Position numbers and translations under genes: made by a program
Notes under the pieces: model-generated
What the model was told of the DNA's origin: nothing
The model's database searches: none
The model's input: the letters and a program-made list of their open reading frames with translations, nothing else
Assembly: GCF_006345805.1 (NCBI RefSeq)
Contig: NW_021832833.1
Coordinates: 1-64,000, forward strand
DNA from: Octopus sinensis
Taxonomy: Eukaryota
Reading direction: 5' to 3'
DNA: 64,000 nt
In this document: positions 25,467-63,801 of the stretch, in pieces
Position numbering within the stretch: the stretch's first letter is position 1
How the letters are laid out: every line of letters starts with the position of its first letter

Positions 25467-26642
25467 GTGTGTGTGTGTGTGTTGTGTGTGTGTGTGTGTA
25501 TGCGTAAATAGGGAACAGCTTTTCTTTTGCACAGGCGCAGGAGTGGCTGTGTGGTAAGTAGCTTGTTTACCAACCACATGGTTCCGGATTCAGTCCCACT
25601 GCGTGGCACCTTGGGCAAGTGTCTTCTACTATAGCCTCGGACCGACCAAAGCCTTGTGAGTGGATTTGGTAGACGGAAACTGAAAGAAGCCCGTCGAATG
25701 TATGTATATATATATATGCGTGTGTGTGTTTGTGTGTCTGTGTTTGTCCCCCTAGCATTGCTTGACAACCGATGCTGGTGTGTTTATGTCCCCGTTACTT
25801 AGCGGTTCGGCAAAGGAGCCCGATAGGATAAGTACAGGGCTTACAAAAGATTAAGTCCCGGGGTCGAGTGGCTCGATTAAAGGAGGTGCTCCAGCATGGC
25901 CGCAGTCAAATGACTGAAACTAATAAAAGAGTAAAGAGAGAGTAAAGAGATATAATATTCAAAAACACGACTATGTTCATGTTTGATGTTTTTTGTGTAT
26001 ACATATGTATATATGTTCATGTTTGATGTTTTTTTGATGGTTTTTGTTTGTGTATATATGTCGTAAATCTTTATGAGTTCTTTATGTTTGGTCCGGAACA
26101 ACAGCGATTGTTAATCCTATAGTTTCATACTCCGAGCCTTTTTTGATCGTCTTAATCTTAAAATAAACTATTGTAATGGCGTGTTGTCCGTATGTTCTAC
26201 ACAAAGTTGAAAAACGTCTTGGCAATAATTTTATAACTGATAAAATTATTAACTCCGGATTTAAAATTATACACCGTTAAATCCAGATGAATTTCAAGAT
26301 ATGATTTTTTTAACACTTTTTTTATTATTTTTCATTATATATTTTTAAGTGTTAAGCATTTGTGTGCTTAATTTATTGAGTATTTCGCTATTTTTATTCT
26401 TTTTTACTTTTACTCTTTTATTTGTTTCAGTCACTTGACTGCGGCCATGCTGGAGCACCAGCTTTAGTCGAGCAAATCGACCCCAGGACTTATTCTTTGT
26501 AAGCCTAGTACTTATTCTATCAGTGTCTCTTGCCGAACCGCTAAGTTACGGGGACGTAAACACACCAGAATCGGTTGTCAAGTGATGTTGGGGGGACAAA
26601 CACAGACACATAAACATACACACACACACACAAACGTACACT

Positions 26643-26676
<34 letters not shown>

Positions 26677-27443
26677 CGACGGGCTTCTCTCAGTTTCCAT
26701 CTACCAAATCCACTCACAAGGCTTTGGTCTGCCCGAGGCAATACTAGAAGACACTTGCCCAATGTGCCACGCAGTCGGACTAACCCGGAACTATGTGGTT
26801 CGTAAGCAAGCTCCTTACCACACAGTCACTCCTGCGTTCTTATTAGTAAAGTTGCTGCAATTATTCTTATTTATTGTGTAATTTGATATAAAAATGCATG
26901 TGCTGTGAACTAACAGACTACATTATAATGAGTTTAAATGGCTCCTTGTTTTAAATGTATGGACTAGCAGCAGGAAGCATCGCCCTTGTTTGTCTGACGT
27001 AGGCATGTGACTTATGTAAATTACATCATTTTGGTCCCTATGAATTCGTCACAACGGCGAACAAAAAGAAAGCTGAGAGACATAACCATGTAAGAAGATG
27101 CAGAGGTCTTGCAAGGACAATTCTTCATGGAAGCAAAGTTAAGAAAAAAGAAGAAAGGCAGACAAAGGTTAAATATAAAGGATATTAAAGATTAAATTAT
27201 ATATAATGATAGAGACTACTTATATGCACTAAATGTATGTTTTTGCCAATGCTTACACTAATTTAAACTTTAATTTCCTTTATATTTAACATTCACTATT
27301 GGTATCACTACTCTTTCTGTTAGCTACTTATGACGTTATATCATATAACGTTTTTTTTAACAATATTAATAGTGTTCTGTCTATCGCTATACAAATCCAT
27401 CATTTTTTGCTAAAATGTCTTATTGACGAGTTTCGCTTTTTTC

Positions 27444-27529
27444 ACTTTTCTGAGGAGGAGATTGCATTGTTTATACCATTTATTCTTTTGAATAGTATCA
27501 GTGGAATTTTCGAAACATGTGTCGAAAGT
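27444..27529 (+). ncRNA. Type I hammerhead ribozyme in the left pLTR
   Basis: ACUUUU CUGAGGA GGAGAUU..AAUUUUC GAAAC AUGU GUC GAAAGU. Confidence 0.75.
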
Positions 27530-30307
27530 AAAAATATTTGATTACACCTGCGTTAAACTCCATTTATTTATTCATATATTATTCAAAATATTCCACGTAA
27601 ACACGAAGTTTCTACCTTTATAAACAAGGAGTTACAACATCTTTACTTGTGCGATTTTTGCTACCCTGGTAACTATTTATTTATTTTTTCCGTGTTAATT
27701 GTTAACAAGGTAAAATACACTCATCTATTTATAATACTTTAATCAGGTTTATTAATAACCTGCTAACTGAAGAGTTACAGCATATGGAGTTATTGAATAT
27801 TAACGCATCTCTTAAGGACATTCCTATTCCACCTAAGAATGTTTTCCTTAAACAACTTGTCAATAAGATAAATTCATTCATCAACCGAATAAGATGGCTT
27901 ACCTTTTTCTTTGACAAAAATGACACTCAACAACATGCTAATGATAAAACATCTGAGTTCAACAAGTTATTTAAATTTAAAAATAGTCCACCGCTTAACC
28001 CAAGATTGAAGCAATTTGAATATGATCTCTGGTCCATTGTAAGACATGTAAATTTTCAACGATCAACACTAAGAAATAAACATCTGAGGTATCTTCGCAA
28101 CATCACCAAAGAAATCAATTCTATGGATACTATGTTGGTTCAATCTGATAAGACTGGAAATCTATACATACTTGATAAAGACTATTATTTGGAATTACTT
28201 AAAAAAGAAATTCAGAAAAAGTATAAAATTGCTGATAAAAGAATACTTAAGAAAGCCAACATTGAGGCTATGAAAATCATGGTGAAATATAACCTACAAA
28301 TGAAGACAGAACCACTTGATCCTAAGCTACCTCGGTTCATTTTGAAGGATCGCAAACTAAATTTTTTTACTAACCCATCATTAAGGCTTATCTGCCCTTC
28401 TAGCTCTGACATCGGTATCCTTAGTAAAAATATGCTAGATAAATATATTCCTAATTTAATCAAACATTAAAACTTAGTTTATGGACTAATTCGTTTGAAG
28501 TAGTTAACTGGTTTAGTTCTATTACCAATAAGGTGAGTACTAAGTTTATCCAGTTTGATATTTCTAATTTTTATTCATCTATCAATCCAATAGTACTTAA
28601 TAAGGCTCTTTGGCTTGCTCATAACAAAGCTGGTCTCACCCGAGAAGAAATTAATGTTGTGTTGGCAGCCAGAAGATCTATTATTAAATTTGATGGTAAG
28701 TTGTGGGTCCGTAAAGACACACCAGATAGTTTCGATATACCAATGGGAAGTTCTGATTCAGCACAGATAGCTGATTTGGTCTGTATATATATTCTTTTTG
28801 AAATGGCTGAAGAGTTCCCTAACATTTATGGAGGTCTATATCGTGATGATTGTTTACCTCCAAAATGTTTCCAACCAAAAGGTACAAAAAGTTAAGAATA
28901 GTTTAGTTAATTTTTTCAGTAGAATGGGCTTAAAATCGTTTTTGATGACGATATGACGAAGGCCAACTTTTTAGATATTACACTTAATTTACACAGTGAC
29001 ACTTACTTCCCATATCGTAAACCGTTAACCAATCTAAAGTACATTAGCAAATTTAGTAATCATCCTGGAGCAATTACTAAGAACTTAGTTAAGAATATTT
29101 CATTTAGATTATCTAAATTATCTGCTAATGTTGATATTTTCAATAATAACGCTAAATTCTATAACTCTGCCTTAATTAAAGCAAGTTATACAGAGAAGAT
29201 TTTCTACATTGATTCTGCTCAGTCTAATTGTAAATTCAATAATGTAGATAAGATTTCTAGTCGTAAAAGAATTATTGATTACAAACATAAATTACGCACC
29301 GATACAAAGCGAATGAAGGCAGATAACCCTTATTTAATCCCCTATTATCGATCTAAAAGTAAATATAACACCTTCAAAAGTAATTACGCTATGAATACTA
29401 GTAAAAATATTTGGTTAATAATTCCTTACAGGAGACAAATTAAATCTAATCTCCCACTGCTGTTTCGTCAAGCTTTTGCTGGGAATTTTCCAAACAATTC
29501 TAAATATTACTCTACTATCAATTCACATAAGGTTAGGATAGGTTTTTCAAACACAAAAAATCTCTTGCAAATTATCTCTTCACATAATAACAAACTGTTA
29601 ATTATTAATACATTTACAAATACTAACATTAATTTAGCTAATACCATCCAACCCTCTAGAAATATTAATAACAAGGTTATTGTATCTGAAGTCAATTCCA
29701 ATAGAATTAAGTTTATGTCAAGTAACTCTAAGATTAAAAATTCTATATACCAGTGTATAATCAGTACTCGTAATAAAGTACGATTTTACATTGGAATCAC
29801 ATCGTTAGAGTTATCTAAGAGAATTTCTATTCATTACTCAACATTTAGGGATAGAAATAAACGTAATAGTACCGGTCTCAGCAAACTGATTTGGGATTTA
29901 AAAGACCACAATGAACAATTTCATTTAGAATAGTTGATTCTCTCAATTTCGATACCATATGACAAAGGCAAGGAATTCTGTCTTCTCTGCAATTCTGAGC
30001 TATTTTTCATTATTTTTTTCTAAAAAATACTCTAGTAAACACGGTTATAGAGCAAGCCTACAGATGTAAGCATTGGCAAAAACATACATTTAGTGAATAT
30101 AAGTAGCCTCTATCATTATATATAATTGAAACTTTAATTTCCTTTATATTTAACATTCACTATTAATATCCCTACTCTTTCTGTTAGCTACTTATGACGT
30201 TATATCATATAACGTTTTTTTAAACAATATTAATAGCGTTCTGTCTATCGCTATACAAATCCATCATTTTTTGCTAAAATGTCTTAGTGACGAGTTTCGC
30301 TTTTTTC

Positions 30308-30393
30308 ACTTTCCTGAGGAGAAGATTGCATTGTTTATACCATGTATTCTTTTGAATAGTATCAGTGGAATTTTCGAAACATGTGTCGAAAGT
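30308..30393 (+). ncRNA. Type I hammerhead ribozyme in the right pLTR
   Basis: ACUUUC CUGAGGA GAAGAUU..AAUUUUC GAAAC AUGU GUC GAAAGU: 6-bp stem I, 7-bp proximal stem II, GUC triplet. Confidence 0.8.
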
Positions 30394-30751
30394 AAAAATA
30401 TTTGATTACACCTGCGTTAAACTCCATTTATTTATTCATATATTATTCAAAATATTCCACGTAAACACGAAGTTTCTACCTTTATAAACAAGGAGTTACA
30501 ACATCTTTACTTGTGAGATTTTTGCTACCCTGGTAACTATTTATTTTTTCCGTGTTAATTGTTAACAAGGTAAAATACACTCATCTATTTATATATATAT
30601 ATGTATATATATGTGTATGTATGTTTAAGGTTGAAAAGGAAAAGTATTTTAAAAAACCTCTTAGTTTCACCGAATTGTACCGAAATATCGATCCATTTTT
30701 GTTGCTTTTTTCTTGTTTATAATCACCCTGCATTATCTTATGGTTAATACC

Positions 30752-31010
30752 GGAGGCGCAATGGCCCAGTGGTTAGAGCAGCGTTAGACCAGACCGGGCG
30801 TTGTGAGTGTTTATTGAGCGAAAACACCTAAAACTCCACGAGGCCATGTCACTCTCTGTGTCACGCTGAATATCTCTGAGAACTACGTTAAGGGTACACG
30901 TGTCTGTGGAGTGCTCAGCCACTTACACGTTAATTTCACGGGCAGGCTGTTCCGTTGATCGGATCAACCGGAACCCTCCTCGTCGTAATCGACGGAGTGC
31001 TTCTTTTTTT
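30752..31010 (+). mobile_element. SINE family C (further copies at 31502-31700, degenerate 33335-33590, 60802-60968)
   Basis: ggaggcgcaatggcccagtggttag head and shared body gagcgaaaacacctaaa..ctccacgagg. Confidence 0.75.
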
Positions 31011-32177
31011 TTTAGGTATTATAATACATTTGCTTAAAAAATTAAAAACTACAATTCGATTTAAACACAGATACATTTCCAACCCTACATTTGTTCATGT
31101 GTGGGAATATATCTCTTTTCTTCAAATATTTTTATGTATTTGTATGTGAATGAGTGTGTGCGTGCATGTATGTTTGTATGTTTATGTTTATATATACACA
31201 CGTATCTGTCTATATCATTGTATATAACTTACACATATTTGTGTCTATGTATATCTACACATGCAAGAATACAAGACACTTTTATTATCATGGAGTTGTT
31301 AGTAAATTTATACCAAGAAATTTACAGAGCTCAGAGTGAGGCCGGTTGGATGATTGTCGTAGATATATTTAGTAAGAACATTCAAATAGTTTTAAAACAA
31401 AGTTAAGAATAAGGTATGGCAAACACATATTTTCAAATGCATCAATTAGTTATTAGAAATAATTTAAATGCAAAAGCAAGACATCAACAGCAGTAGCAAG
31501 TGGAGGCGCAATGGCCCAATGGTTAGGGCAGCGGACTCGCGGTAGGAGGATCGCGGTTTCGATTCCCAGACCGGGCGTTGTGTGTATTTATTGAGCGAAA
31601 ACACCTAAAGCTCCACGAGGCTCCAGCAGGGCGTGGTGGCGACTCCTGTTGTACTCTTTTGCCCCAACTTTCTCTCACTCTTTCTTCCTGTTTCTTGTCC
31701 CCGACTTCCTACGCAACGGCTGAGACTGAATGCGCATTCATCTATCCGTCGATACTCTCGGTGTCGGGGGTTGGCCTGCTTTCTCTTCTGCGGGTCTTAC
31801 GAATAGCAAAGGACTACGTTTCGGACTTCTCCCAAGAACGAAGACCGCTTCGCTCAACAAACAAACAAACAGCAGCAGCAATTTCTAATAACCACAAGAA
31901 GATTTTAAAGACGAAACATTTTTAAAAGAAGAATTTAAAGAAAGACTAAGAATTTTTTCAAATAGATATTTAGACTCTTTATTTGTGCTTGTACATATAA
32001 TGGTTTACTTGACGTAATTTAGGATATAGGTCATTCAGAAAAACCTGCAAAGTATTAAAAAATGAAAAACTTTAGAAATCTTTAAAACATATCAATATTT
32101 ATCTATATAAAATACAATGTTTTCAATTCAAATACCGGGAAACAAGCAAGCTGAGAACTAAACAAAGTGAAGCAAAT

Positions 32178-32273
<96 letters not shown>

Positions 32274-32300
32274 GAGATAGATAGAGAGATTGATAGATAA

Positions 32301-32373
<73 letters not shown>

Positions 32374-32388
32374 GAGATTGATAGATAA

Positions 32389-32480
<92 letters not shown>

Positions 32481-33289
32481 CCAAACACAGACAGATAACT
32501 ACATTTTACTCTGAAAGAACCTTAAAAGATAAGAAATATAATGGTTAGCTCGGCTCTACGAGGAGGTGGTGATCGTTAGAACACCTTCGATCACAAGTCC
32601 ACTCAGTCGAGTGAATTGCGATTAAGAAGAACAATGCAACTGTTAAATAATTAATGCAATTGTTATATGAATAACTAATTTATTCACAAACTAATAATAT
32701 CTAACGTGATTTTTTTAATTGTCTTCAATGTGTGCAGCGTGTAAAGTCCGTCTCAGAATTCACAATAGAAATACGGCTGCCCAATAATAATCCATTCTAC
32801 TTGGAGCACAAGGCCTATAATTTGGGATACAAGGGACAAGTCGATTACATTAACCTTAGTACTCAACTATTTGTTATTTCATCGACCCCGGTGCGCAACT
32901 GGTTGTTATTTCATCGACCCCGAATGGATAAAAGTCGATCTCGGCGGAATTTGAACTCAGAACGTAAGGAAGAAAAAATGCTGCTAAACATTATACCAGT
33001 TTGCCACATTCGAATGTCAAATAACATCCTTTCTGCTAAAGGTAAAAGGTCTGAAACGTTGAGGGAGGGACTAGATGATTACAGCTGATACATATTCTGT
33101 AAACCACCGAAGGGCAAATGCAGCCTCGGCGGAACTTGATTTCACGAATATCCAACAATATCGAGAGTAAACTTACCAACGTATACTGTGTCTTCGTCAC
33201 CATACAAACCATGATGCTTTATAGCATGTTCGCAGATATGACATTGCTTTTTAGGAGCCTCTCCAGATGGTAACCGCACGAACACACAC

Positions 33290-33333
<44 letters not shown>

Positions 33334-33584
33334 AATCACATGGCCTCGTGATTAGAGCAGGACGATGTGTGTGTTTATGAGGGAAACTCCTAAGCTCCAC
33401 GCGGCCCCTGCAGAAGATAATGGCGAACTACAACCGACTCTTTCACCACAACTTTCTCACAGTCTTTCTTCTGGCATCTAGAAGCTCACCTGCGACGGAC
33501 CGGCGTCCCTGCCGGATGGGGAACCTACTCCAATGAAACCGGGGAACCGGCCCTTATGAGCCAGGCATGGATCGAGAAGGAACG

Positions 33585-33665
<81 letters not shown>

Positions 33666-34070
33666 CGCAGGAGTGGCTGTGTGGTAAGTAGCTTGCTAAC
33701 CAACCACTTTGTTCCGGGTTCAGTCCCACTGCGTGGCATCTTGGGCAAGTGTCTTCTGCTACAGCCTCGGGCCGACCAAAGCCTTGTGAGTGGATTTGGT
33801 AGACGGAAACTGAAAGAAGCCTGTCGTATATATGTATATGTATGTATGTGTATGCGTTTGTGTGTCAGTGTTTGTACCCCTAGCATTCCTTACAACCGAT
33901 GCTGGTGTGTTTACGTCCCCGTCACTTAGCGGTTCGGCAAAAGAGACCGATTGAATAAGTACTGGGCTTACAAAGAATAAGTCCCGGGGTCGATTTGCTC
34001 GACTAAAGGCGGTGCTCCAGCATGGCCGCAGTCAAATGACTGAAACATGTAAAAGAGTAAAGAGTAAAGA

Positions 34071-34118
<48 letters not shown>

Positions 34119-34254
34119 CATATATATATATACACTTAGAAAAGGATGCGTGGCGTTCGATCATATATTAACATAAATGATATAAAATATATGTATATTT
34201 ACATACATATATTTACATACCTAATTATTTTTCTCTTCTTCACCGTGCTCTCTT

Positions 34255-34330
<76 letters not shown>

Positions 34331-34980
34331 TTCCTCCTTGGCTCTCTCGTTGCTGACACGTGACGAAAGGGAATCTATCTTTCTCTCCATTTCTCTCCTA
34401 AAGTCAAAACTGTCTCCTCTCATAGCTCATCCTCCTAGCGTTAATAATAATTTATCTATCGTCTTGGCTCAACAGCCTTCACCGTTTGTTTTTACTGTCT
34501 TGTTTTCACTGTCCTGTTCTTGTTACCACTTTCACCCTCCGCAAAAAATCCCAAAATTTATTTGATTTACTTTTCGGGAAGTACTGTTACAACGAAGTCG
34601 CGTATTGTCCTTGCCTTCGCGAAGCAGTGTAGATGAAACAGGGGAAAATTATGAAGGGGAATATTCTTTATGTTGCATGTCTCGTTTCTCTGTATTTTTC
34701 GCTGTTCGAAAAAAAGTACGTTTTCTATGTTTTCGTTTTTATGTTTTCGTTTCTTATTGTGTTAAAAGTTTTTTTGATGTCCATAAGCAGGTATGCATGT
34801 ATATATACATATACGTAGGTATGTACTTATATGTATGTATATATGCATATATTTATACATTATTTTATTTATATATATATATATACGTAAGTACATGTAT
34901 AAATATACATTTATATATAAGTATATATATTTTTTTTTGTATATGCTTATATCTATATACGTATTTATATATATACATAC

Positions 34981-35140
<160 letters not shown>

Positions 35141-35907
35141 GTATGTATATATATATATGTATATATACATGTGTGTGTATGTCTGTGTGTGTTTGCGTAA
35201 TGCTTTGCAGTATTTAATCTGCATCTACGTTCTCAGTTCAAATTCCGCCGAGGTTGTCTTTGCCTTTCACTCTTTCCGGGCCGATTAACTTTCTATTGTT
35301 CATATCTCCCCAACAATCATTGACTTATTCTGTTCAAAGAGATTTTAACCCAATATTTGCATTCTGTTATTTATATCTGAATCTCAGGCAACGAATTTGC
35401 AGAATTGTTACTGCGCCGGGCAGAATCGTTACTGCGCTGAGTTCAATTTCCTCAGTGGTTGAATTTTGGCTTTCATTTTCTCAAAGCTAATGAAATAAGT
35501 ACCAGTTGAGCACTTGGGCTGACGTAATCCACTTTCCTTCCACAAAATTTGTAGCGATCTGCCAAAATTTGTAACCATTATTATAAAAATAAAGCCAGAG
35601 AGCTGGTTCAATCGTTTCTTCACCGCAGAAATACTTAGCAGAATTTCGTCCATCTTGGCATATTGGATCCAGATTCCGCCCAGGTCAAGCAGTGCCTCTC
35701 ATTCTTATCTAATCAATAAAACAAGTACTACTTGAAGACTGGTCCCCATTTTATCAACTTACAACCTCACAAGAAATTATTGGATTTCGACTAAAATTTG
35801 AAAAGTGTATTACAATTATACTTGAAAACAACGAAGAACAAATTATTTGCCTAAAATTACCAGTTCAATGAAAATGCATTAATAATAATTACAAAACCTT
35901 TACTCAC

Positions 35908-59662
<23,755 letters not shown>

Positions 59663-59842
59663 CTAGTGTATAAAATAAATATGAGCCTTATTCCACAGTG
59701 TTCTATATATATATAAGGATATAACGATAGAATATCCTTTAACGAAAGTTCTATTTACCGTTGTACTTATTGTCTATCTCTGTATATATTTATTTTCTTT
59801 GTCATCATCTCTCTGTGTAAGAAATATGATTGGATTTTTTTT

Positions 59843-60125
59843 AACAAAGAGCTGTTCTTCACTCCTGCTCCAGAGCGTAGGCTGCTGGGTCACTCTGAAA
59901 AGCTCTATCTGCGACGATTTCATCTCAATCGAACGAGAAGGGGTTTCTCCGTCCGAGTTGCGTATCCGTGGAATAAGCTGCCGGACGAGATAGTGAAGCT
60001 GCCGACGACCGCTCGGTTCAAAGCCACTCTTGATCAGAAATGGCCTGAACTCTTTGCATGAACACCACCCTGTACATAACTCCATGTCCCCCTACATGGC
60101 CTTCCTTTTTGCTTTTTGAGCCAAA
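59843..60125 (+). mobile_element. CR1/L2-type LINE 3' fragment
   Basis: 59843-60061 reads LLGHSEKLYLRRFHLNRTRRGFSVRVAYPWNKLPDEIV..FKATLD*, the CR1 C-terminal GH..KL..FS.RV..WN.LP pattern. Confidence 0.75.
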
Positions 60126-60981
60126 AAATTAGCTTAACTTTTAAATAATAATTTGCTATAACAATGAAAAGTAAAGCATAAAATTTTATCCAAAATTAGC
60201 CACCGAGAAAATTTTTGTGTCGAGGAGTGCTATTTACGGAACCATCATTGTCATGAATTAGAAGAATTGGGGAACTCGCAAAAGTGATAGATATTCTTCA
60301 AGCAAAGTACAAAAAGGATTAGCTATACATTGTAAGATGCGAGATCTGGTACTTTGCAGTTTATGCACCCAGTCACACTTCGCGATTCGAATGATGGTCT
60401 TTTCAAAGTTGCGATACTGAGTAAGGGCCTCCCAGTTTGCAAGAATGGGTAAATATCTTCAAGCGTTTTATGCCGGGTTATTTTCGTGTAATATCTAACA
60501 CACTTATGAAGGAATCATTCGAAAGACTTGGAGTGTGAATTTGGTTCCGTGGAAATTTAAAACGAAGTTCCTATGAGGACAGATTTACTCACCCTTTTAG
60601 TTGTTTCTGATGTAGCCTTAAATATTGGGTGTTTGGCATGTAATTTTGAATGTAGCAATTTCAATAAGTGTAATTAATTATAACCTGCTAGTTTCATTAA
60701 GAATCCTGTTAATTTCATATTAATGTGTAACTATTTAGCCGATTAAAACCTTGTAATAATTACAATCAGGCTTTTAAAAATATAATCGATATTAAAAATG
60801 TGGAGGTGCAATGGCCCAGTGGTTAGGGCAGCGGATCGTGGTCGGAGGATCGCGGTTTCGATTCCCAGACCGGGCGTTGTGTGTGTTTATTGAGCGAAAG
60901 CACCTAAAAAGCTCCACGATGCTCCGGCAGGGGGTGGTGGCGACTCCTGTTGTACTCTTTCGCCACACAAAAAAAAAATAA

Positions 60982-61210
60982 GGCGGCGAGCTGGCAGAAA
61001 CGTTAGCAGACCGGACGAAATTCTTCGCGGTATTGCGTCTGTCGTTGCGTTCTGAGTTCAAATTCCGCCGAGGTCGACTTTGTCTTTCATCCTTTCGGGG
61101 TCGATAAATTAAGTACCAGTTACGCACTGGGGTCGATGTAATCGACTTAATCCATTTGTCTGTCCTTGTTTGTCCCCTCTATGTTTAGCCCCTTGTGGGC
61201 AATAAAGAAA
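60982..61210 (+). mobile_element. SINE family A, full length, directly after a truncated family C copy
   Basis: Complete head to ..ccccttgtgggcaataaagaaa tail. Confidence 0.85.
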
Positions 61211-61445
61211 GAGATATCAAAAATGAATAAACCATAACTAACCAATTTCGTAAACACTGTTTGCCAAGAATCCGCCACACGTCTGCCCTGACTTGCATTT
61301 CATATTACAATTATGGGCTCCACCATATTTGGAATACCTTCCGCTACAAAAACATTGTTTTCCATACTGAAAGCATAAATAAAATAGATAATTATATCAA
61401 AATAAATTCTGATCTGTTAATTAGATAGTTATTGAAACTGAAAAA

Positions 61446-61537
<92 letters not shown>

Positions 61538-61561
61538 ATGTATATATATATATGTATGTAG

Positions 61562-61592
<31 letters not shown>

Positions 61593-61876
61593 TGTATATA
61601 TGTATATATAGTCACAATGAGAGTATTCAAAACTCTTATAGGGATATTTATCCAAGATACACAGGTTTAATATATTAAATTTTGATGAGACAATCCTTCA
61701 ATGAATATATTACATGAATATATTATATAGAATATGATAAGATATCAGTTATTTTTATTGAGAGAGATGTAATGGACACAAATTAATTTATTAATATGCT
61801 GATTAATTAATAAATTAATTTGTATCCATTACATCTCTGTTTTCTAACTCAATAAAGATGTATTTATATACATATA

Positions 61877-61917
<41 letters not shown>

Positions 61918-62724
61918 GGCATGATTGAACGCTAATTCCACAAGTTTTTTTATATTCTCTCTCTGTTTATTTCCTCATGAACCATTCTGTTGAAGAGCAT
62001 AGGCTCGAAACATAAAAGACCTTCTCGTCTTCTCGATCCTCAAACTAATACACCTGCTTGTTGTTTATATATCTATCTTCTTTTGTTTTCCTGTAAATTT
62101 CAACTATGTGTGTGTGTTTGTATGTGTGTGTGCGTGCATGTGTGTGTGTGTGTCTGTGTTTGTGTAAATTTTTTTTATTGAAGATGAAAAACTTCACAAG
62201 CTGTTGCTTGGAGTTTCTCGTAATTACTCATCGGACTTCTGCCTGATGGTCAGTGAAGTGAAACGTTGAGCCAAAATTTGTGGAATTTTCAGCTCAAGGA
62301 AACAGAATTTTTACTCTAGCTTTTGGTAGTCTAGTACTATTTTTTCAACCCTATTTCATACAAGTGTGCTCATAAGTGTGTAGTGGTCAGTCAGTCAGTC
62401 AGAAAGGTGTTTACGTACATCACGGAGAGATGTAAGTTGAATTCAATTGGATTTTGAAAAGACGTAACTAAATGCGATAAGCTATCTTGCCAGCACTTTA
62501 CCACTCTGCCTTCTCAGTTAGTTTTCGATCAATTTTAATATAAATTAGCGGGACCCGTGAATCTTTCATGGAATTTATAGTAAACCTATTGGGTTATTCT
62601 TGAAAACTTTATCCAAAAAGCCTGAAAGCGTAACCTCTGTTGTGTCTGTATCAAAATCCGTTCATCTGCTCTTTATTGAAAAATGAAGGAAATTGGAATA
62701 CGATGATTACTAAATGGACTTTAG

Positions 62725-62815
<91 letters not shown>

Positions 62816-63754
62816 CTTTGTGCACAATTTTATTGACTTAATACACAGTACTCATGAAATAAATATTCACTCATATTTTTTCCGTTTTTCCCATAAACAG
62901 AAAAACTTACATTTTAAAATTTACATTGTCATAATTTCATATCTAGAAAGCGAAAGTTTTATAGTAAAATAATTATTTTATATGTAAAATATAGGGGTTA
63001 CAACTTCACGGGGGTAAAAATTTAATGCAACATGGCATACTCTGAAAACCACATCGTTGGTAACTTATAAGCCAAGGTGATGGCTCAGAGCCAATACACA
63101 TTTTAGTTTGTGTACCCCTATCAACTCGATATTTCTTTGCAGACTATGTTCTTCATGCCAGTTCTCCTTCTTCTTTTCCCTTGTTTGTCAGTGTTGAAAA
63201 CTTTAACTCTTACATCAGATAATTTACGAGCTCTTGGAGAATGCAACATATAGTTGACCATGGCTAGAATAGCCCCACTTTATCAACAGTCTACTCTCGT
63301 AATTTATTGATTGTTAAAGCATATGGCAGGCGAACGGGAAACTACTTTCTTTCTAAAGTGAATGGCAAGTTTCGGAAGCGCATGCGTTAAGTAATAGGTG
63401 ATATTAAAAAAAACTTGGTTCAATTAAATAAAAAATATAACTTTTCATCATGCACTTACCATCACCGCCACCACCAACACCACTACCACCATCATCTCTC
63501 TCTATCTATCTCTCTTTCTTTCTCTCTCTCTCTCTCTCTCTCTCGCCATCACAACATCACCCCTCTGCTAAATTTATATTCCTAACTCTCCTCTATATCA
63601 CTACCTTCAACTAACCTTTTTAACTACGTAATAAATATTGCGTTCCCCTTACTACATATCATGGAGGCTTCTCTCTCCGCTTTTCCCTTCACTCTTTTTC
63701 TTTCTCTCTCTTTCTACCTCACTCTTCGCTTTATCTTCTTTCTCTCTCTCTCTT

Positions 63755-63801
<47 letters not shown>

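Larger units (their letters stand above)
27168..30593 (+). mobile_element. Penelope-like retroelement (RT plus C-terminal GIY-YIG), disrupted, with direct pLTRs and an inverted 5' partial repeat
   Basis: ORF pieces 27784-28470, 28533-28895 and 28953-29933 carry FDISNFYSSI, PMGS, GLYRDD, IYQC..FYIG and CLLC motifs. Direct repeats at 27265-27733 and 30129-30593; 27168-27258 is an inverted copy of about 30064-30153. Confidence 0.9.

Noticed and set aside
29700-30105. Selenocysteine-encoding GIY-YIG as reported for some Naiad PLEs
   Set aside because: The in-frame stop at 29931-29933 is TAG at a likely Trp position, not TGA; no SECIS was recognised.
31502-31577. tRNA-Arg(TCG)-like sequence, also at 6362, 30752 and 60802
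   Set aside because: No proper acceptor stem, and each runs into a shared SINE body; these are SINE heads, not tRNA genes.
60587-60620. Minus-strand GTGAGT donor as an upstream exon of the EGF gene
   Set aside because: The phase-1 frame required to join the EGF exon has a stop two codons before the donor.
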